28,047 nucleotides of DNA. Source: Nitrospirota bacterium. Its GTDB lineage: Bacteria; Nitrospirota; Thermodesulfovibrionia; Thermodesulfovibrionales; Dissulfurispiraceae. Made by a program: the position numbers and the translations under genes. The DNA lies in assembly GCA_040758355.1 (NCBI GenBank), contig JBFLWF010000029.1, forward strand, positions 1-28,047, read 5' to 3'. Positions 26,006-28,047 of the stretch are shown one piece after another (position 1 is the first letter of the stretch; every line of letters starts with the position of its first letter). The notes under the pieces are model-generated. The model made no database searches. It saw only the letters and a list, made by a program, of their open reading frames with translations, and had not been told where the DNA came from.

Positions 26006-26104
26006 GTTTATGGGCATATGGGTATATGAGTTTATGAGTAAAAGAGTATATGAGTATAAGATCTTTTTCCACTCATGCACCCATCCACCCATCACTCATT
26101 CACC
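26006..26104. repeat. Inverted pair of 8-mer tandem arrays between fliC and flaG
   Basis: Seven GTWTATGR-like units (26006-26061) face about four CACYCAT-like units (26069-26104). Confidence 0.7.
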
Positions 26105-26113
26105 TTTTTATAC

Positions 26114-26142
26114 GGGCGGCCCCCAAATATGGAGGCCTGCCC
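26114..26142 (-). terminator. GC-rich hairpin after fliC (weak terminator or mRNA-stabilising stem)
   Basis: GGGCAGGCCTCCA-TAT-TGGGGGCCGCCC-type stem on the minus strand, with no U tract after it. Confidence 0.45.
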
Positions 26143-26164
26143 TTTATCTGTTAATACTTTCAGA

Positions 26165-27709
26165 CTACCTGCCGCCCAGAAGTGCAAGAACATTCTGAGG
26201 CAGTGTGTTAGCCTGCGAAAGCACCGATATGCCTGCCTGCTGCATAATCAGCGCCTTTGTCAGGTTTGCAGTTTCCACTGCAAAGTCTGCATCCATGATT
26301 CTCGAACGGGCTGATGTAATGTTCTCACGAACATTGTCAATGTTTGAGATTGTTGATGTCAGCCTGTTCTGGACAGCGCCGAGTTTCGCCTTTTCAGAGG
26401 TTATGGTATCCAGCGCCTGTTTTGCAGCCAGCATGGTTACATTGGCAAGACCTACATCAGTAACAGCAACTGCATTCACTGAGTTTGCTGTAAGGGATAT
26501 GCTTGTGGTGTTGCTCGCATATCCAAATGCAGGAGCTGCATCGCTGCTCATTGACAGAGATGTCTTTGTCAATCCTGCATTGAAGATTATCTTGCCGTTA
26601 GCGCCGGCAGCCACCGATGTGGAGCCTGTAGAAAAGGCGTGTGATGTTATAAAGCTTGCATTCTGCACATTGGCGTCAATAGATATGTCGATGCCTGCGC
26701 CGGAAGTATTTGTAAGAACCAGTCTCGAATCGGATGTGGCTGCACCATCCACCACCTCAACCTTTGCAGTAACGCCTGTAGAAGCGCTCTTTGCATTGAT
26801 GGCGCTTGCGAGGTTTGCTATTGCTATTATACCGCCACCAGTTGCTACAGCGGTAGCACCGCTTGCAAGCACAAAGCTGCCTATTGCAACACCATTAATT
26901 GTCAGATAACCGGAATTGACAAATGTGGTGCTCTGGGCAGTAGTTGCAACGACCATATTATTCTGGCCTGAAACAAGCGCATTTCCAAAGCTGAATGCTG
27001 TTACGCCGTGGGATGCTGTGTACTGGTTAATCCTGTTGATGATGTTGATACTGTTGTTCCTGTAGTCGGAAGCAGTTGTAATAGCATCTCCGAGATCGAC
27101 GCCTTCGAGGGTAGATGCGTCAACAAGGCCGCCGCTTACATAAGACTTTGCAGCAGCGAATGCCACATCGCTTGCTCCCAGTGTAGATGAGTAAGTCGTG
27201 GAGACACCCATTGATGTTGGTGTTACGCTTGTTGTTGATATGTTGATTGTCTCGTTGACATCAACACCGACCTGGATATTGAGGCTCTTTGCCTGATTCA
27301 GGAATTGCTCGCCATTGTACTTTGTCTGGGTAACAATTCTGTTTAACTCTGCAACAAGCTGGCGGACTTCCTGGTTCATGGAGCTTCTGTCAGATGATGT
27401 GTTGTAGCTCGATGCCTGGTTTGCAAGTTCGTAAATTCTCTGAAGGGAGTTGATCATCTCATCCATTGCACCTTCAGCAGTCTGGGCAAAAGAAACGCCG
27501 TCATTTGCGTTTCTCATTGCAACGGATAGACCGTTAATCTGTGTGGTCATTCTTGTTGCAATAGCAAGACCTGCTGCGTCGTCCTTTGCTGAGTTGATCC
27601 TTAAGGTAGATGAAAGCCTCTGCATTGCCTGAGCAAGAGGCGACTCTGATTTTCTCAGGTTTCTCTGAGCATTCAGAGCATATAAGTTGGTATTAATTGA
27701 TAGAGCCAT
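26165..27709 (-). CDS. fliC: Flagellin
   Basis: INTN...RLSS.LRINSAKDDAAGLAI, NANDGVS, LGAVQNRL, SRIMDADFA and QAN. Confidence 0.97.
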   Translation of the reverse strand: MALSINTNLYALNAQRNLRKSESPLAQAMQRLSSTLRINSAKDDAAGLAIATRMTTQINGLSVAMRNANDGVSFAQTAEGAMDEMINSLQRIYELANQASSYNTSSDRSSMNQEVRQLVAELNRIVTQTKYNGEQFLNQAKSLNIQVGVDVNETINISTTSVTPTSMGVSTTYSSTLGASDVAFAAAKSYVSGGLVDASTLEGVDLGDAITTASDYRNNSINIINRINQYTASHGVTAFSFGNALVSGQNNMVVATTAQSTTFVNSGYLTINGVAIGSFVLASGATAVATGGGIIAIANLASAINAKSASTGVTAKVEVVDGAATSDSRLVLTNTSGAGIDISIDANVQNASFITSHAFSTGSTSVAAGANGKIIFNAGLTKTSLSMSSDAAPAFGYASNTTSISLTANSVNAVAVTDVGLANVTMLAAKQALDTITSEKAKLGAVQNRLTSTISNIDNVRENITSARSRIMDADFAVETANLTKALIMQQAGISVLSQANTLPQNVLALLGGR

Positions 27710-27712
27710 TTT

Positions 27713-27755
27713 TTCCTCCTTGAATGTCTTCTAAGTCTTTTCGGGCATCCTGCCC
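27713..27755 (-). promoter_or_regulatory. Two CsrA-type GGA sites in the flagellin leader
   Basis: Hairpin GGGCA-GGA-TGCCC (27755-27743), and ATTCAAGGAGGAA overlapping the SD (27725-27713). Confidence 0.6.
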
Positions 27756-27858
27756 TTATTTGCATCAGGAACAATGCCTTATTTGATTACCACCTCCTTT
27801 TTTCTTAATTTTGGCTTTTTTGGCCGTTTCAGGCATCACCCTTTTGCTATTGTCTAAG

Positions 27859-27887
27859 TTATCGGAGGGAATATTTAAAAACTTTAG
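27859..27887 (-). promoter_or_regulatory. sigma28 (FliA) promoter of fliC
   Basis: CTAAA-N16-TCCGATAA. Confidence 0.8.
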
Positions 27888-27893
27888 CATTGA

Positions 27894-27920
27894 CCCGTTA
27901 GACAATCTTTTTCTAACGGG
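27894..27920. repeat. REP-like palindrome
   Basis: CCCGTTAGA-N9-TCTAACGGG, a perfect 9-bp inverted repeat. Confidence 0.6.
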
Positions 27921-27921
27921 G

Positions 27922-28047
27922 TGTTGTCAACAAATAGAATTGTCCGGTTATAGAGCACATAAACTGTCCGGTCTGCAGCTATAAGAATTAGGCAGCTTTT
28001 TTATTTTTATTGATGACCTCCTTTCCTTTGGGGTTATAAGATGCCAG
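27922..28047 (-). mobile_element. Probable right end of an IS1202/IS481-like (ISNCY) insertion sequence with transposase C-terminus (27988-28047)
   Basis: TGT-starting end with two subterminal repeats, ATAGAATTGTCCGGT and ATAAACTGTCCGGT, 24 bp apart. A minus-strand frame ...LASYNPKGKEVINKNKKAA* ends just inside them. Confidence 0.55.

Noticed and set aside
26006..26104. CRISPR array
   Set aside because: The units are contiguous 8-mers without unique spacers, and there are no cas genes.
26205..26909. 234-aa plus-strand ORF and other long antisense ORFs within fliD, ilvD, nadA and the regulator
   Set aside because: They are antisense shadows of well-supported genes, explained by codon bias, and have no motifs.
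27800..27855. c-di-GMP-I riboswitch in the fliC leader
   Set aside because: GCAAA and GAAA words are present, but the paired P2/P3 stems and tetraloop receptor could not be formed.

Overview
A 28 kb bacterial chromosomal segment. Gene content and style suggest an anaerobic Nitrospirota (Thermodesulfovibrionia-like) organism, but that is inference. Both edges fall inside insertion sequences: an IS3-family left end interrupting a TIM-barrel gene, and a probable IS1202/IS481-like right end. From left to right it holds a MidA-type methyltransferase, nadA, a lytic transglycosylase, tRNA-Val(GAC) and a type IV pilus minor-pilin cassette (fimT-pilV-pilW-pilX-pilY1 plus an Ig-fold protein) behind a clear sigma54 promoter. 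Upstream of that cassette is an operon with a DsbC-like protein, a minimal histidine kinase and an NtrC/PilR-type activator. Next come scpB, a LysM-NlpC/P60 gene, acyP, bioB with a BirA operator, ilvD and a DUF465 gene. A small divergent redox module with twin CRP/FNR-type boxes follows, then two stator pairs flanking a PilZ gene, and fliS-fliD-flaG-fliC with a sigma28 promoter and CsrA-like sites. The most notable signal is the DsbC gene. The ORF track splits it, but it reads as one frame with an in-frame UGA at the catalytic position (U-P-Y-C), followed by a SECIS-like hairpin. It also has an N-terminal CxxCH motif, and its stop overlaps the kinase start. This suggests a selenium-dependent disulfide enzyme linked to expression and folding of a very Cys-rich pilus tip. 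The window also has several families of small non-coding repeats: two MITE-like families, a GGGACTGTCCC cassette, and inverted 6-8-mer tandem arrays.
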